A stretch of 64,000 nucleotides of DNA. Origin: a virus. Location: the IMG/VR virus record IMGVR_UViG_3300032401_001693, positions 37,812 to 101,811 of that record; one strand, 5' to 3'. The notes below the pieces were generated by a model that was not told where the DNA came from, did not search any database, and saw only the letters and a list, made by a program, of their open reading frames with translations. The position numbers and the translations under genes are program-made. Below, piece after piece: positions 25,901 through 35,704 of this stretch (within the stretch, counting starts at the first letter, position 1; each line of letters starts with the position of its first letter).

Positions 25901-26557
25901 TATAGTGGATATTCAGGTGGAAGTGGATATAGTGGAATTTCAGGTTACTCAGCTTATAGTGGCTATTCTGGAATTAGCGGTCAACAAGGTGTTGGTTATT
26001 CGGGTTTTTCAGCTTATTCTGGTTATTCTGGTTACTCGGCCTATTCTGGAAAATCAGGATATAGTGGCTACTCAGGTGTGGGTCCTTCAGGTTATTCTGG
26101 TTACAGTGGGTTGGGAGGTTCTGGATACTCAGGTTATAGTGCTGAGAGTCCAGGTCCTTCTGGCTATTCTGGTTATTCGAGTACAAGCGGCTATTCTGGT
26201 TATTCAAGTATAAGTGGTTATTCAGGTTATTCGGGTGAAGGGACTTCTGGATATTCTGGATATTCAGGTATGGGCACTTCAGGTTATAGTGGCTATTCTG
26301 GATATTCAGGTTTGAGTGGCTATTCTGCTTATAGTGGTTACTCCGGTGGGAACTATATAGCTCAGTATTTTACAGGTGTATCCTCTGTTGTGGTAGGTCA
26401 CAACTTTGGTGTTAGGCCTGTTGTTAACGTTTTAACAGGGGATGGATCTGGTGGGTATGATAGTATAGTTCCATTAAATATAAAACATAACTCAACTAAT
26501 CAAACTACAGTATCACTATCATCTAGTACTTCTGGATATGTGATTTGTAAAGCCTAA
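22988..26557 (+). CDS. Ser-Gly-Tyr collagen-like fibre protein
   Basis: Very long Gly-X-Y runs dominated by GYS, with GPQGPIG stretches. Interrupted by globular segments including two phage-fibre-like xHN[L/F]G domains (TSWTVSHNLG; VVVGHNFG). Confidence 0.8.
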   Translation: MATLDKKLGQLPEVTVPKSDDIVYIVTDPATRPADKKIKISNLSSVLGTSGYSGYSGISGAYGDSGFSGFSGIDGQYAGQGVSGYSGYSSAAEGPQGPIGFSGFSGYSGEIGFSGYSAYSGYSSQQPGPQGPVGFTGESGYSGYSGLGLSGYSGASGYSGVGTSGYSGVGISGYSGRSGYSGISGMGVSGYSGYSSEMEGPQGPIGFTGESGYSGDLGISGYSGYSSPGSSGYSGYSSVVPGTSGYSAYSGYLGSSGYSGSSGYSGYSGQGVSGYSGYSSTVVGPQGPIGFSGYSAYSGYSSVSGYSGYSGYSSSSGYSGYSSISGYSGYSSVSGYSGYSSISGYSGYSAYSGYSGYDAGAAYSGYSGPSGYSGYSGISGYSAYSGISGYSAYSGYSGISGYSGYSSTVVGPSGYSGYSGPSGLGYSGWSGISGYSAYSGVGTSGYSGYSGVGTSGYSGYSSAVVGVSGYSGYSSPGSSGYSGYSGLGGSGYSGYSSAVVGPSGYSGYSGPSGLGYSGWSGRSGYSGYSSGMPGVSGYSGYSGALPVYGTSGNILQSSGSGWISTNQLSIASIDLSNATSSIPWLVGVTAGDAASGHAYYKSDTKQLLIGDGVTANPVSGGSSGYSGYSSPGSSGYSGYSSPGTSGYSGYSGYSSAVIGPSGYSGYSSPGSSGYSAYSGYSAQPGGSSGYSGYSGLGGSGYSGYSAESPGPSGYSGYSGQNGTIGINGTSGYSGYSGGGANYVHTQSGASTSWTVSHNLGNLEVIVQVFDGSNNQVIPKSVVWDTVNQCTITFSSAVAGKAVVSSGGGVSGFSGKSGYSGYSGISGYSGYSGQGWSGWSGYSGYSGKSGYSGYSGYSGGSGYSGYSSAVIGPSGYSGYSSPGSSGYSGYSSPGSSGYSGYSSLGSSGYSGYSSPGSSGYSGYSAESPGPSGYSGYSGYSSEGTSGFSGVSGYSGVGTSGYSGYSGYSGKSGYSGYSGGSGYSGISGYSAYSGYSGISGQQGVGYSGFSAYSGYSGYSAYSGKSGYSGYSGVGPSGYSGYSGLGGSGYSGYSAESPGPSGYSGYSSTSGYSGYSSISGYSGYSGEGTSGYSGYSGMGTSGYSGYSGYSGLSGYSAYSGYSGGNYIAQYFTGVSSVVVGHNFGVRPVVNVLTGDGSGGYDSIVPLNIKHNSTNQTTVSLSSSTSGYVICKA

Positions 26558-26573
26558 CAAAAGGAGAAGATTT

Positions 26574-27053
26574 ATGAAAAAATTATTTTTTGGTTTACTA
26601 ATTGGTTTGATGCTTTTATGCCACTATGGAAATACTATGGCTATGGACATTGATGAACCTATTATGAAGGTAGGAGCGGCTCTTTCTGGAGGAGCTCTTG
26701 CTGCTGGAACTGGTAGTGGGATAGTTGTTATAGGGGCATCACTGACTGCAGAACATTGGTACTATATGGCATCAGATGTACTTACAATGGCACAAGCTGA
26801 CGCAGCAGGGACTACTCCTGCAATATGTTTAGCCATAAGTACTACACAATGTATGACTAATGGAGTGTTTAGGCTAGCTTCTTCTCCTTCATGGACACTT
26901 GGAACTATTATGTATCTATCAATCACTACTGCAGGACATCTGCAAACAACGGCTCCTAGTGCGACAGGTAATCAGGTTCAGAGGCTAGGAGTGGCTATAG
27001 CGGCTGATGTTATTTTAGTTACACCAAGTATGGATATTGGGGAGGTAAAATAG
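26574..27053 (+). CDS. signal-peptide-bearing protein with phage fibre/cement-like domain
   Basis: MKKLFFGLLIGLMLLC..TMA; ADAAGTTPAICLA...WTLG..MYLS..AG.LQTTAPS..GNQVQRLGVA. Confidence 0.6.
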   Translation: MKKLFFGLLIGLMLLCHYGNTMAMDIDEPIMKVGAALSGGALAAGTGSGIVVIGASLTAEHWYYMASDVLTMAQADAAGTTPAICLAISTTQCMTNGVFRLASSPSWTLGTIMYLSITTAGHLQTTAPSATGNQVQRLGVAIAADVILVTPSMDIGEVK

Positions 27054-28529
27054 ATGGTAAGGAAACTATTTTTAACTTTACTACTTGTAGTGGGTTTACT
27101 ATCTCCTTGCTATGCTGCGGATCTTAATAAATGGAATGGTATAACTCTGGGAAGCTCCACAGGAAACATCAATAAAATAGATGGGTATACTTGGGGAACT
27201 GCTAGTGGGAACTATACTAAGTGGGATGCTTTAAATGCAACTTCTGGAGTTACTGCTCCTGTTTTAGTTAATGCTAAAATAGGCACTGGTTACTTATCAC
27301 AAACGGTTCAATCGGGAGCTTTTAAGGTCACGACTGGGCACGCTTTGATTGTTTTTATTTCTAACTACACCGACCCTGCGTATAGAAATGTTAGTACGGT
27401 TGTAGACTCTACAGGTGCTAATACTTATACCTATTTAACATCCGTCGTTACAAGCACCACTATTAAAGTGGAAGCTTGGTACTGTCTCAATGTGACAGGA
27501 GCTTCAAATCTGAATATTACGGTTACTTTTGACAATTCGGCTAGCTATTGTGGTGTCAGTGTTGGACACTATGCTAGAACTACGGCAATCGGTACATCTG
27601 CTAGTGAGTATTCGTCTGCTTCTATATCTGGAACTACACAGGTTACACTTCCAAATATAACTACTACGCAGGATATAGAGACACTTGTGTGTGGTGTTTA
27701 TCTTGCTAGTATTACTGCTGCAACTCCTGGAGTAAATTACACGAAAAGAATGGATGCAGTAGACTTTGCTCCAGCCACTCTTTATGCTCCATCTATTATG
27801 GACAGATCTACGACTAGTGTAGGAAATTATAACGCTACAGCTACTTTTGCAAGTAGCTATGGAGCTGCTATACTTGTATCCATATATGGTACAAGTTCTG
27901 TGTCTGAGGGTTGTCCTGAGTATCTATTGTGTCAGAATTTTGAAGGGACAGGGTATGATAATGGTGAGTCTTGGGCAACGGGTGGAAGCGGAACTTACAC
28001 TATTGATCCAGATAATACTACTGCTCCTATACTGAAAGGTTCACAACAAGTAAGAATTAATGCAGGTAGTTCGTTTGGTGTGTTAAGTTCACCTACTTTT
28101 GCACAAACTGCTATTGTTTACTTTCGTTCCAAGGTGCGATTTTCTCTACTGCCTGTAGCAGATTCCAACATATTTTGGCTTAGAACTGCAGGCGATGCAA
28201 ATGTAATAACAGTAGGATTGAAAAGTGATGGAAAATTATTTTTAACGGTAAAAGACGTGGCTCAGGTTGCTACAAATGATAGTGTTTCAGCAGACACGAT
28301 TTATTATATCTGGGTGCGAACATCGTCTATATCTCCATACACTGTGTCAATGGCATTTTCCACAGATACTACAGAGCCAACATCTGGAACTAAGTTTATA
28401 TCGGCTAATTTTTTGCAGGCATGGGTAATACAGAATATTAGGGCCTGGGCATGGTTTGAAACAATAGTATCAGATTTTGATGAGGTTATTGTTTCAGCAA
28501 ACCCGATAACAGCTTCAGTAGTGCCGTAA
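27054..28529 (+). CDS. signal-peptide-bearing Thr/Ser-rich protein with C-terminal lectin/ConA-like beta-sandwich
   Basis: MVRKLFLTLLLVVGLLSPCYA^A; C-terminal LCQNFEG...W...YYIW...DFDEVIVS. Confidence 0.55.
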   Translation: MVRKLFLTLLLVVGLLSPCYAADLNKWNGITLGSSTGNINKIDGYTWGTASGNYTKWDALNATSGVTAPVLVNAKIGTGYLSQTVQSGAFKVTTGHALIVFISNYTDPAYRNVSTVVDSTGANTYTYLTSVVTSTTIKVEAWYCLNVTGASNLNITVTFDNSASYCGVSVGHYARTTAIGTSASEYSSASISGTTQVTLPNITTTQDIETLVCGVYLASITAATPGVNYTKRMDAVDFAPATLYAPSIMDRSTTSVGNYNATATFASSYGAAILVSIYGTSSVSEGCPEYLLCQNFEGTGYDNGESWATGGSGTYTIDPDNTTAPILKGSQQVRINAGSSFGVLSSPTFAQTAIVYFRSKVRFSLLPVADSNIFWLRTAGDANVITVGLKSDGKLFLTVKDVAQVATNDSVSADTIYYIWVRTSSISPYTVSMAFSTDTTEPTSGTKFISANFLQAWVIQNIRAWAWFETIVSDFDEVIVSANPITASVVP

Positions 28530-28534
28530 GAACT

Positions 28535-31500
28535 ATGAAAAAAACCCTACTTTTTTTAATACTGTTTACTATTCTAGTGGTTTCTACTGTTTTTGGGAGT
28601 GGACCTTATCTTATTGATGCTCCAAGTCCTGCCGATGTTTATTTGGGTAAAGGGTGTACTACGGCGTACCATATTGATGAGGATTGTGATGGTTATGGAA
28701 TTGGGGATGGGTTTGCGGTGATGACACCGGATCCTGATGATACGGATCCCACAGTCTATAATACACTTACTGCTGAAATTAAATGGGGTGATACTCATGC
28801 TGCTGGAGCCTTTACCACTGGAAACTATATTGCTAATCTTAAAAATTTTTATTGTGGTACAAGGGGAACAGGGTGGTGCCAGATTGGTAATATCTATTTT
28901 GTTGATTATACCAATGGCGTTGATGTAACGGGAGAGGTAAATAATATTAATAAACCTTTTAAAACGTTCAATAACGCGTATAGCAATAATGGCACTTGGT
29001 CTGGTGGGTTTACATCTGGAGATATGATTATTCTAAGAGGAGGAACCCATGGGGATAATACGGCGTACTCCTGGATAAGTATTGCTCCAGTTACAGCTCC
29101 CCGCATACATGGTGTTTCATCATCGAAGCCTAATATAGTAGCGGGATTCCCAGGTGAGAGGGTTATTATTTATAACAGCCCTATGAATAATATAACAGGT
29201 GGGGATAACTGGTATTGGATATTTGATACTTTACAGATTGGCAGAACGGATGCAGATTCAACTAGTGGTAGTGGTTTTCATGCAAGTGGTGTCCATTTTC
29301 TTACGGTTAAGAATTGTTTTTTTACTAGAAATTACGAAACGACTTTTCATCAGACTGGAGGTGTTTCGACTTGTAAAGAACCCATTTCTGTTACGGAAGA
29401 TCTTAATGATGATGGAATCCCAGAAACCCGTAATTTAGAGAGTTGTCTATGCCCTAGTAATGTACTATATGATAGAGTAGTAGCTAATGCGGCTCAAGGC
29501 ACTCATACCTTTTACTGGGGTTGTGGTGGAGATCCTTACGGATTGGGCAACGATCCAACAAGAAAAACTGTTTTTGCCAATGCTACGATTAGAAATTGCA
29601 TCTTCCATTCTCAAACATCTAGTTGGGATGGATTTCAGATGAATGGATATGCGAGTAATTGGTTGATAGAAAATAATATTATTCATTCGAATGGGCAGGA
29701 TGGTATAAATATTTTGAATGGAATGTGGAGTTCTGTTATTAGAAATAATGTAGTTTTTAATAACAGCAGGTCAGCGTTTCAATTTTTTATATATGCCACA
29801 GGTGGTAATGATGCTTGCACCGGAGGAACTGCAACAGCGGATACCCAGGATGGAAGTTATGTTACTGCTAATGCATTTGATAATAATAACGGGACTGAGT
29901 GGAGATCAACTGATACTGCTACACCACATTGGATACAGTATCAGTTTTCTTCTGAGTTATCCATAAAATGGTTTAAAATAAGAGGATCGAGTAACCCAAA
30001 TTACTCACCAAAGAATTTTACATTTAGCGGTTCTAGTAATGGAAGTGATTGGACTCTTATAGCAACATACACAGGAACAACTTGGACAGCTAATCAGGAA
30101 ATACGATTTAGTGCAGATAATAATTCTGCGTATCTATACTATCGCCTGAACATTACGGCCAATCAGAGTGGGAATGTGGCTGGAATAAGTGAGATAGAGA
30201 TGTTTTGGTCAGGATGGTGGGCTGATGCTATAAAGGATAACATAGTAGAAGGAAATACTTTCTGGGTAGGAAAGAACAGAAATCCTAACTATACCGATCA
30301 GTGGCCAGATGCATGTTCGGCTGTTTGGATGGTGAATGGACTGTATCCTACGTTTAAAATTAGACGGAATGTAGTTAGGAACAATGTTTTTGTAACTAAT
30401 GATAACAGTAGTGGTGCTGAGTCTATCATATATGGGGATGTTCAGGGAAATTTAATAGATAATACTTTCCAGAATAATGTTTTTTGGAGAACAAATGGAA
30501 GTTTGGAAATGGCTAGTTGGGGTTCTTCTCCAATGAAGTATCTTACTTTACCCCAATTTGAAACTTCTCCATATATTCTTAATTCTGGTAATGTTTTTGG
30601 TAATCCACTTTTTACATCATTTAATCTGGATTGGCAGAATAGCCCTGGAAAGTTTAATTTTCAGCCGTCTAGTATAGGTAGCCCTGTTGTAAATCTTGGA
30701 ATTCCTTCGGCTGGGTTGATACTTGATATTAAGGGGGTGACCAGGTTAGGAAATCCAGATTCTGGGGCTTATGAATTTTTTGGTGGAGTACCAGCTGGAT
30801 ACACTAGTCTTCAGACTGGGACGGATACTAACAAACTCATTCTGATTTTTATTCCATCGGGTTATACTTCGGCAGAATCTTCAAGTTTTGAGACTAAAGT
30901 GACAGCTAATTTAGCTAAACTCTGGGCTAATAACTTCTTTTCTCAGTATCAACAGAGGTTTGATATCTATCGTGTAGATAACCAGTATGATTCCGATGGA
31001 GTGTTAAAATTGGATTCAGAGGTAGAAACCCTGATTGATGCGGATACAACTTGTCAAGGTGATGGGTTTGGAAATAATGGAAACGTAGCCTGTATCCATA
31101 TTGTGATAGATAAAGATAGTTCAGCTCCTCAGAGTCAAACAAATGACAATTTTATTAGACTAAGAAATGATGCCGATAGTTATTATACTTTGGCGCATGA
31201 GATTGGAACTCATGTTTTAGGAAACCTCGTACCTTATGATAGCCAACTTGGAGGGCCTAGAACGGTGGATGGCTATAGATGTAACGAATTTACTTATAGC
31301 TATCTTCGTAGTAATGTCCATGACAAAAACAGTAATGAGAAATGGTTAGATTTGGTAGGTACGGTAGCCTCTTGTGGAGGGAGCTATTATTCTCCTTCGG
31401 TTACTGTAACTGATTACAGTTCATTCTACCAGAATTTTTCCAATGTAGCATACAAGGGTTCTCAGATAGGATTAGCGAAGAGAACTTCGGATAGCAAAGC

Positions 31501-33574
31501 CTATTCTTCTTTGGGTACTGACTTTGCTGGAACTAAGCAGTATGGACAAGATTTTACAAAGCCAACTACTAGTGTTGTTGGAATTGCATCTAGTGTTCTA
31601 TATTCTGCTCCAATAGACATTGTTATTACTCCAACTGATGCTGGAACTGGAATTGATAGGGTGGAGTTTTATGTAAGTGTAGATGGTTCGGACTATACAA
31701 GTTTTGGTGTTAAACATACAAGTCCATATTCTCAGCAATTGATTTTTACAAACTATCCTGGAAGTGTATATTCGGTGAGAATTTATACCTTTGACGAGGC
31801 CTGGAATTATAAGAAGGATCAGTATGACAGTATAACCTATGGTACGCTGGGAGTAGTCTACTATGTAGATAAGGGTTCAGGGAATTGTAGTGATAGTTAC
31901 ACAACAGCACAAGCTCAGGTTATCACTACTCCTTGGTGCACAATCTCCAAGGCTGCTGTTACTATAATGGCTGGAGATACTGTTAATATTAGAGCCGGAA
32001 CTTATTACGAGACACTATCGCCAAATTACTCAGGAGTATCTGGAAAATATATTACCTATCAGAATTATAATAATGAAGTAGTGACCATAGACGCAACTAG
32101 GGTCATCACTGGATGGACGAATTATTCTGGAAATATATATCGAGCAACGGTATCATTTGCACCTAACCCAAAATTTATAGGTAATGGTTTTGGTTGCACA
32201 CCAGCGAATGGGAATCTTGTTATGCAGGATGGTGCAAAACTGAATTACTGTATGGCAGCTACTCTTGGTGGTGTAGATTCTCCTGGAAAGTATTTTATGG
32301 ACGATAGTGGGTCACCTCCTTACACACTATATGTTTGGTTAAGAGATATAGGCGGTAAGGGGTATAACCCGAGCTCTTATACTATGAAAATTGCGGGGAC
32401 ATCTTGGGGAACTATAAGTTCTACTGGAAAAAGTTATATTAAGTTTTCTGGTCTTAATTTCTTTGGTGGCCAGGGTTCAGGGATATGGACCTCGAACTAT
32501 TTTTGGTTTACTGGATGCAAGTTCTATTCTGGGTATATAACAGGACTGTATTTCTTTGATAACGATACAAATATGCTCATTGAAAACTGTGAGTTTTGGG
32601 ATTTTGGACATGCTGGAATTGAGTTTGCTAACTCTTCTTATGGAACAGTAAGAAGAAATAGATTCAAAAAGGTTGATCTTGGAAATGGATATGGAGGAAG
32701 TGCTGCTCATATAAGTTATAATACAGGTACAAATACCTTTAGTTATATGACTATAGAGAATAATCTCTTTGAGGAATTAGGTAGTGATTATATGCTTGGA
32801 TTTACCCTTAGAATACAGGGTAGTAACAATAAAATATGGCACAACACTTTTTATACTGATTGTGGAGTACTGATTCCGATAATAAATGGAGGAAATAACA
32901 CGATAAAAAATAATATTTTCTATCAAGGGGGTATAGGAGTTTTGGTAAATGTTTTTCCTGATGCTGTTTCAGCGGGTGGGAATGTTTTTACGAAGAATAT
33001 TATGTATATTAGTGGAGATTCTACTGGAGACTATAGATGGAATGGAATAAATTATAATACTCTTTCTACTTGGGAGACCGCTTCTGGACAAAGTGGAAAC
33101 TTATCGAGTGATCCTTTATTTGTTAATTTATCAACCAGAGACCTTCAAATTTCTGCTACCTCTCCAGCTATGAATGCTGATAATCTTGGGGTTGGAGTTA
33201 CTACCGATTATGATGGTACTGTGAGACCTAAAGGGTCTGGATACGACATAGGAGCTTTTGAATGTTACTACGTTACATTTCAGATTACGACAGATGTTAA
33301 TGCTAATTGCAAATACAATATTTTAGATACTACTTATGATTTAATGACTAGTACATTTTCCACAACCGGTGGAACAGTACACTATTCGCCAGTTTTACTT
33401 CCGTGTCGTGCTGCTTCTTACGTTTATTACACAAGGTGTATGGATGGACTTGGTAACAAGAGTTTAACTTCTACACCTATTTCTTTTAATGTTTTAACAA
33501 CGGGTGGAAGTGCGTTTACTGGAGTTGGTGGAACGGGAATCACTGGTGGTGGAGGAATTATAATTTTACCATAA
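28535..33574 (+). CDS. large secreted-type multidomain protein: beta-helix + discoidin/CBM32 + M64-like peptidase segment + Ig-like + second beta-helix
   Basis: Signal peptide; IxNNxxxxN repeats; NAFDNN..TEW...PHWIQYQF...PKNFTFSGS.NG.DW..YLYYRLNI..ISEIEM; LIFIPSGYT...FFSQY..RFDIYR...AHEIGTH; TDAGTGIDRVEFYV; YYVD...TPWCTISKA..AGDTV; PDSGAYE and YDIGAFE. Confidence 0.7.
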   Translation: MKKTLLFLILFTILVVSTVFGSGPYLIDAPSPADVYLGKGCTTAYHIDEDCDGYGIGDGFAVMTPDPDDTDPTVYNTLTAEIKWGDTHAAGAFTTGNYIANLKNFYCGTRGTGWCQIGNIYFVDYTNGVDVTGEVNNINKPFKTFNNAYSNNGTWSGGFTSGDMIILRGGTHGDNTAYSWISIAPVTAPRIHGVSSSKPNIVAGFPGERVIIYNSPMNNITGGDNWYWIFDTLQIGRTDADSTSGSGFHASGVHFLTVKNCFFTRNYETTFHQTGGVSTCKEPISVTEDLNDDGIPETRNLESCLCPSNVLYDRVVANAAQGTHTFYWGCGGDPYGLGNDPTRKTVFANATIRNCIFHSQTSSWDGFQMNGYASNWLIENNIIHSNGQDGINILNGMWSSVIRNNVVFNNSRSAFQFFIYATGGNDACTGGTATADTQDGSYVTANAFDNNNGTEWRSTDTATPHWIQYQFSSELSIKWFKIRGSSNPNYSPKNFTFSGSSNGSDWTLIATYTGTTWTANQEIRFSADNNSAYLYYRLNITANQSGNVAGISEIEMFWSGWWADAIKDNIVEGNTFWVGKNRNPNYTDQWPDACSAVWMVNGLYPTFKIRRNVVRNNVFVTNDNSSGAESIIYGDVQGNLIDNTFQNNVFWRTNGSLEMASWGSSPMKYLTLPQFETSPYILNSGNVFGNPLFTSFNLDWQNSPGKFNFQPSSIGSPVVNLGIPSAGLILDIKGVTRLGNPDSGAYEFFGGVPAGYTSLQTGTDTNKLILIFIPSGYTSAESSSFETKVTANLAKLWANNFFSQYQQRFDIYRVDNQYDSDGVLKLDSEVETLIDADTTCQGDGFGNNGNVACIHIVIDKDSSAPQSQTNDNFIRLRNDADSYYTLAHEIGTHVLGNLVPYDSQLGGPRTVDGYRCNEFTYSYLRSNVHDKNSNEKWLDLVGTVASCGGSYYSPSVTVTDYSSFYQNFSNVAYKGSQIGLAKRTSDSKAYSSLGTDFAGTKQYGQDFTKPTTSVVGIASSVLYSAPIDIVITPTDAGTGIDRVEFYVSVDGSDYTSFGVKHTSPYSQQLIFTNYPGSVYSVRIYTFDEAWNYKKDQYDSITYGTLGVVYYVDKGSGNCSDSYTTAQAQVITTPWCTISKAAVTIMAGDTVNIRAGTYYETLSPNYSGVSGKYITYQNYNNEVVTIDATRVITGWTNYSGNIYRATVSFAPNPKFIGNGFGCTPANGNLVMQDGAKLNYCMAATLGGVDSPGKYFMDDSGSPPYTLYVWLRDIGGKGYNPSSYTMKIAGTSWGTISSTGKSYIKFSGLNFFGGQGSGIWTSNYFWFTGCKFYSGYITGLYFFDNDTNMLIENCEFWDFGHAGIEFANSSYGTVRRNRFKKVDLGNGYGGSAAHISYNTGTNTFSYMTIENNLFEELGSDYMLGFTLRIQGSNNKIWHNTFYTDCGVLIPIINGGNNTIKNNIFYQGGIGVLVNVFPDAVSAGGNVFTKNIMYISGDSTGDYRWNGINYNTLSTWETASGQSGNLSSDPLFVNLSTRDLQISATSPAMNADNLGVGVTTDYDGTVRPKGSGYDIGAFECYYVTFQITTDVNANCKYNILDTTYDLMTSTFSTTGGTVHYSPVLLPCRAASYVYYTRCMDGLGNKSLTSTPISFNVLTTGGSAFTGVGGTGITGGGGIIILP

Positions 33575-33604
33575 GGATTCTGAAGCAAAACAGGAATTAA
33601 AAAG

Positions 33605-33782
33605 ATGAAAAAATTAATACTTATAAACCACTCCATTTCTTGTCTCTGCTACCTACTATGTGGATAAAGATTCTGTATTTTGAGGAGTGTGTTCTGATGC
33701 AAATAATGGGACCTCACCAAATACACCTTGGTGTACCATAGCGAGGGCAAATTCTACTCTTGTCGCGGGAGATAAAGTCTAG
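33605..33782 (+). pseudogene. remnant of a paralogous beta-helix gene
   Basis: MKKLILI start out of frame with ATYYVDKDSVF*GVCSDANNGTSPNTPWCTIARANSTLVAGDKV*, which matches YYVDKGSGNCSD...TPWCTISKAAVTIMAGDTV in 28535..33574. Confidence 0.65.
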
Positions 33783-33816
33783 TGGTTAAAAATACAAGGG
33801 GGATCATTAAAATAGA

Positions 33817-35703
33817 ATGAAAAAGTTACTTCTACTTTTACTTTTGATTCCTTCCCTTTCATTTGCTCATGGGAATGGCCTTTCTGATACCTATCCTCAT
33901 ATTGGAGAGGGTTGTACCACTCTTTACTACATTGATAGGGACTGTGATGGACGTGGAATAGGAACAATAGGACATTCACATCCACATGCAGCTACAAGGC
34001 TCCCGATGGATGCTGATGATATGAATGTGAATATTGGAAGTATAGCTTCTGTTGAAGCACTTGTTGGAGGAAGTTTAACAAACTGTACTGGAACAGATAC
34101 GAGTTGTGCAACCCGATTAAAAACATGGTTAGCTATGAGGACTGATAAAGCCTATAACCGACCAAGTGCCAATGTTTATTATGTCTCTCCAACAGGAGGG
34201 ACTGGAGTTGTAAATAGAGTTCAATCTCCTTATGGGTCACTAGATGCTGCTTATGCCGCCGGAGCTGGTCAAAGTGATAGAATTATAGTTCTAAGAGGAG
34301 GAGTTTATGTAAATGGGGGAGCTGGTAATAATAACTGGTATTTTGCTTATGGGGCATCTACTTTTACTGCGGGAAGTGAATTACTTGTCATAGGAATGCC
34401 AGGAGAGACTCCAGTTCTTAGATGTTGCAATGATGGAACCTGTAACAATTGCAACTATTCAGCGATTAATATGTCAAATGTAGAGGAGAAGGTTTATATT
34501 ACATTTGATAGTTTTGTAGTAGATAGAAGGGACGATCCTTCTACTTGGGATTCTGGTGGATATGGATTTTTCCATATAGGTCCATCTAAAACAGACCATC
34601 TTACATTTAGAAATATTGAAGTGACACATACCAATGAAGGATTTAGATTGATGGGGAATGTAACTAATATTTTATGGGAATATATTGTCACCCATGATGG
34701 TTCTAATGGACTTCATGCAAATTATATGAGTTGCGGAGGAACTGAGGATACAACCTATACTTGTAGTGGGAATGTGATGAGAGGAGTAATTAGCTATCAG
34801 ATGGATGATCGAAATGATGGACCTCTTTGGCAATTTGGGTCTGCTGGAGAATGTCCTGCTAATTCGAGAGGCCTGTCATGTGGTTCTAATTGTTGTCCTA
34901 CTTATTATCCTTGGGTTTATTCTAAGTGGCAAGATCTTCTGGTTGACAAGTGTATTTTTTGGGGAAGTGCTAAAAGAGGAATAACCTTTCAAAATAACCA
35001 TGTTGGGACAACTGTACAAAATAGTGTCTTTTTCAATAATAATGGTACTGATCTTCACTGGAATAATTATGGAGGAGCTACTAATGGAGAACCAAAGATT
35101 ATAAATAACTCATTCTACAGAGGTACTTATAACAATGGTTTGTTCATTCCAGGAGAGACACCAGGAGATCCAAGTAGCGATTGGTCTGTAGAAATAGATT
35201 GGCCTTACAATAGTCCTAATACTGGTATAGGAACAATTCACAATGGAATTATTAGAAATAATGTTTGGCATACTTATGATGGCCAGGGAATCTTCAGGAT
35301 ATCACAATCTGGTAATATTGCCGACTGGTCTATAGACCATAATGTTATATATAAAGAGGTTCTCAATGGTTACTACACGGATAAAATAGCTATTATAGAT
35401 AGTGTTAATATGAACGGTGCAACGTTTGAGGCGTATGCATCGGTTGATGCCAATAGTTATAACCCAAATAACCCCAATCTTACTGCTGTCAATGTAAACT
35501 ATTACAACACTCCTTGGCTTTATAATCTTGCTCCAACCGTTTCCTCAACCAACCTTATAAATATGGGTTCGAACATCCTTGCTCCTACTACTGATATTAA
35601 GGGGGTTACAAGAATATCTCCGGCTGATATTGGAGCTTATGAATTTTTACTTGGTTTGACTATTTCTAACCCTTTGCCAAATACTACTCAATTCTGTAGA
35701 TGA
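33817..35703 (+). CDS. secreted-type Cys-rich beta-helix protein, paralog of the N-terminal part of 28535..33574
   Basis: Signal MKKLLLLLLLIPSLSFA^H; shared G.GCTT.Y.ID.DCDG.GIG, I.LRGG, G.PGE, DIKGVTR..ADIGAYEF. Confidence 0.7.
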   Translation: MKKLLLLLLLIPSLSFAHGNGLSDTYPHIGEGCTTLYYIDRDCDGRGIGTIGHSHPHAATRLPMDADDMNVNIGSIASVEALVGGSLTNCTGTDTSCATRLKTWLAMRTDKAYNRPSANVYYVSPTGGTGVVNRVQSPYGSLDAAYAAGAGQSDRIIVLRGGVYVNGGAGNNNWYFAYGASTFTAGSELLVIGMPGETPVLRCCNDGTCNNCNYSAINMSNVEEKVYITFDSFVVDRRDDPSTWDSGGYGFFHIGPSKTDHLTFRNIEVTHTNEGFRLMGNVTNILWEYIVTHDGSNGLHANYMSCGGTEDTTYTCSGNVMRGVISYQMDDRNDGPLWQFGSAGECPANSRGLSCGSNCCPTYYPWVYSKWQDLLVDKCIFWGSAKRGITFQNNHVGTTVQNSVFFNNNGTDLHWNNYGGATNGEPKIINNSFYRGTYNNGLFIPGETPGDPSSDWSVEIDWPYNSPNTGIGTIHNGIIRNNVWHTYDGQGIFRISQSGNIADWSIDHNVIYKEVLNGYYTDKIAIIDSVNMNGATFEAYASVDANSYNPNNPNLTAVNVNYYNTPWLYNLAPTVSSTNLINMGSNILAPTTDIKGVTRISPADIGAYEFLLGLTISNPLPNTTQFCR

Positions 35704-35704
35704 G

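Noticed and set aside
23130-26350. Repetitive DNA (here and at 62480-64000) as a CRISPR array or non-coding satellite
   Set aside because: The repeats have codon periodicity, vary at synonymous positions and encode SGY; there is no constant repeat with unique spacers.
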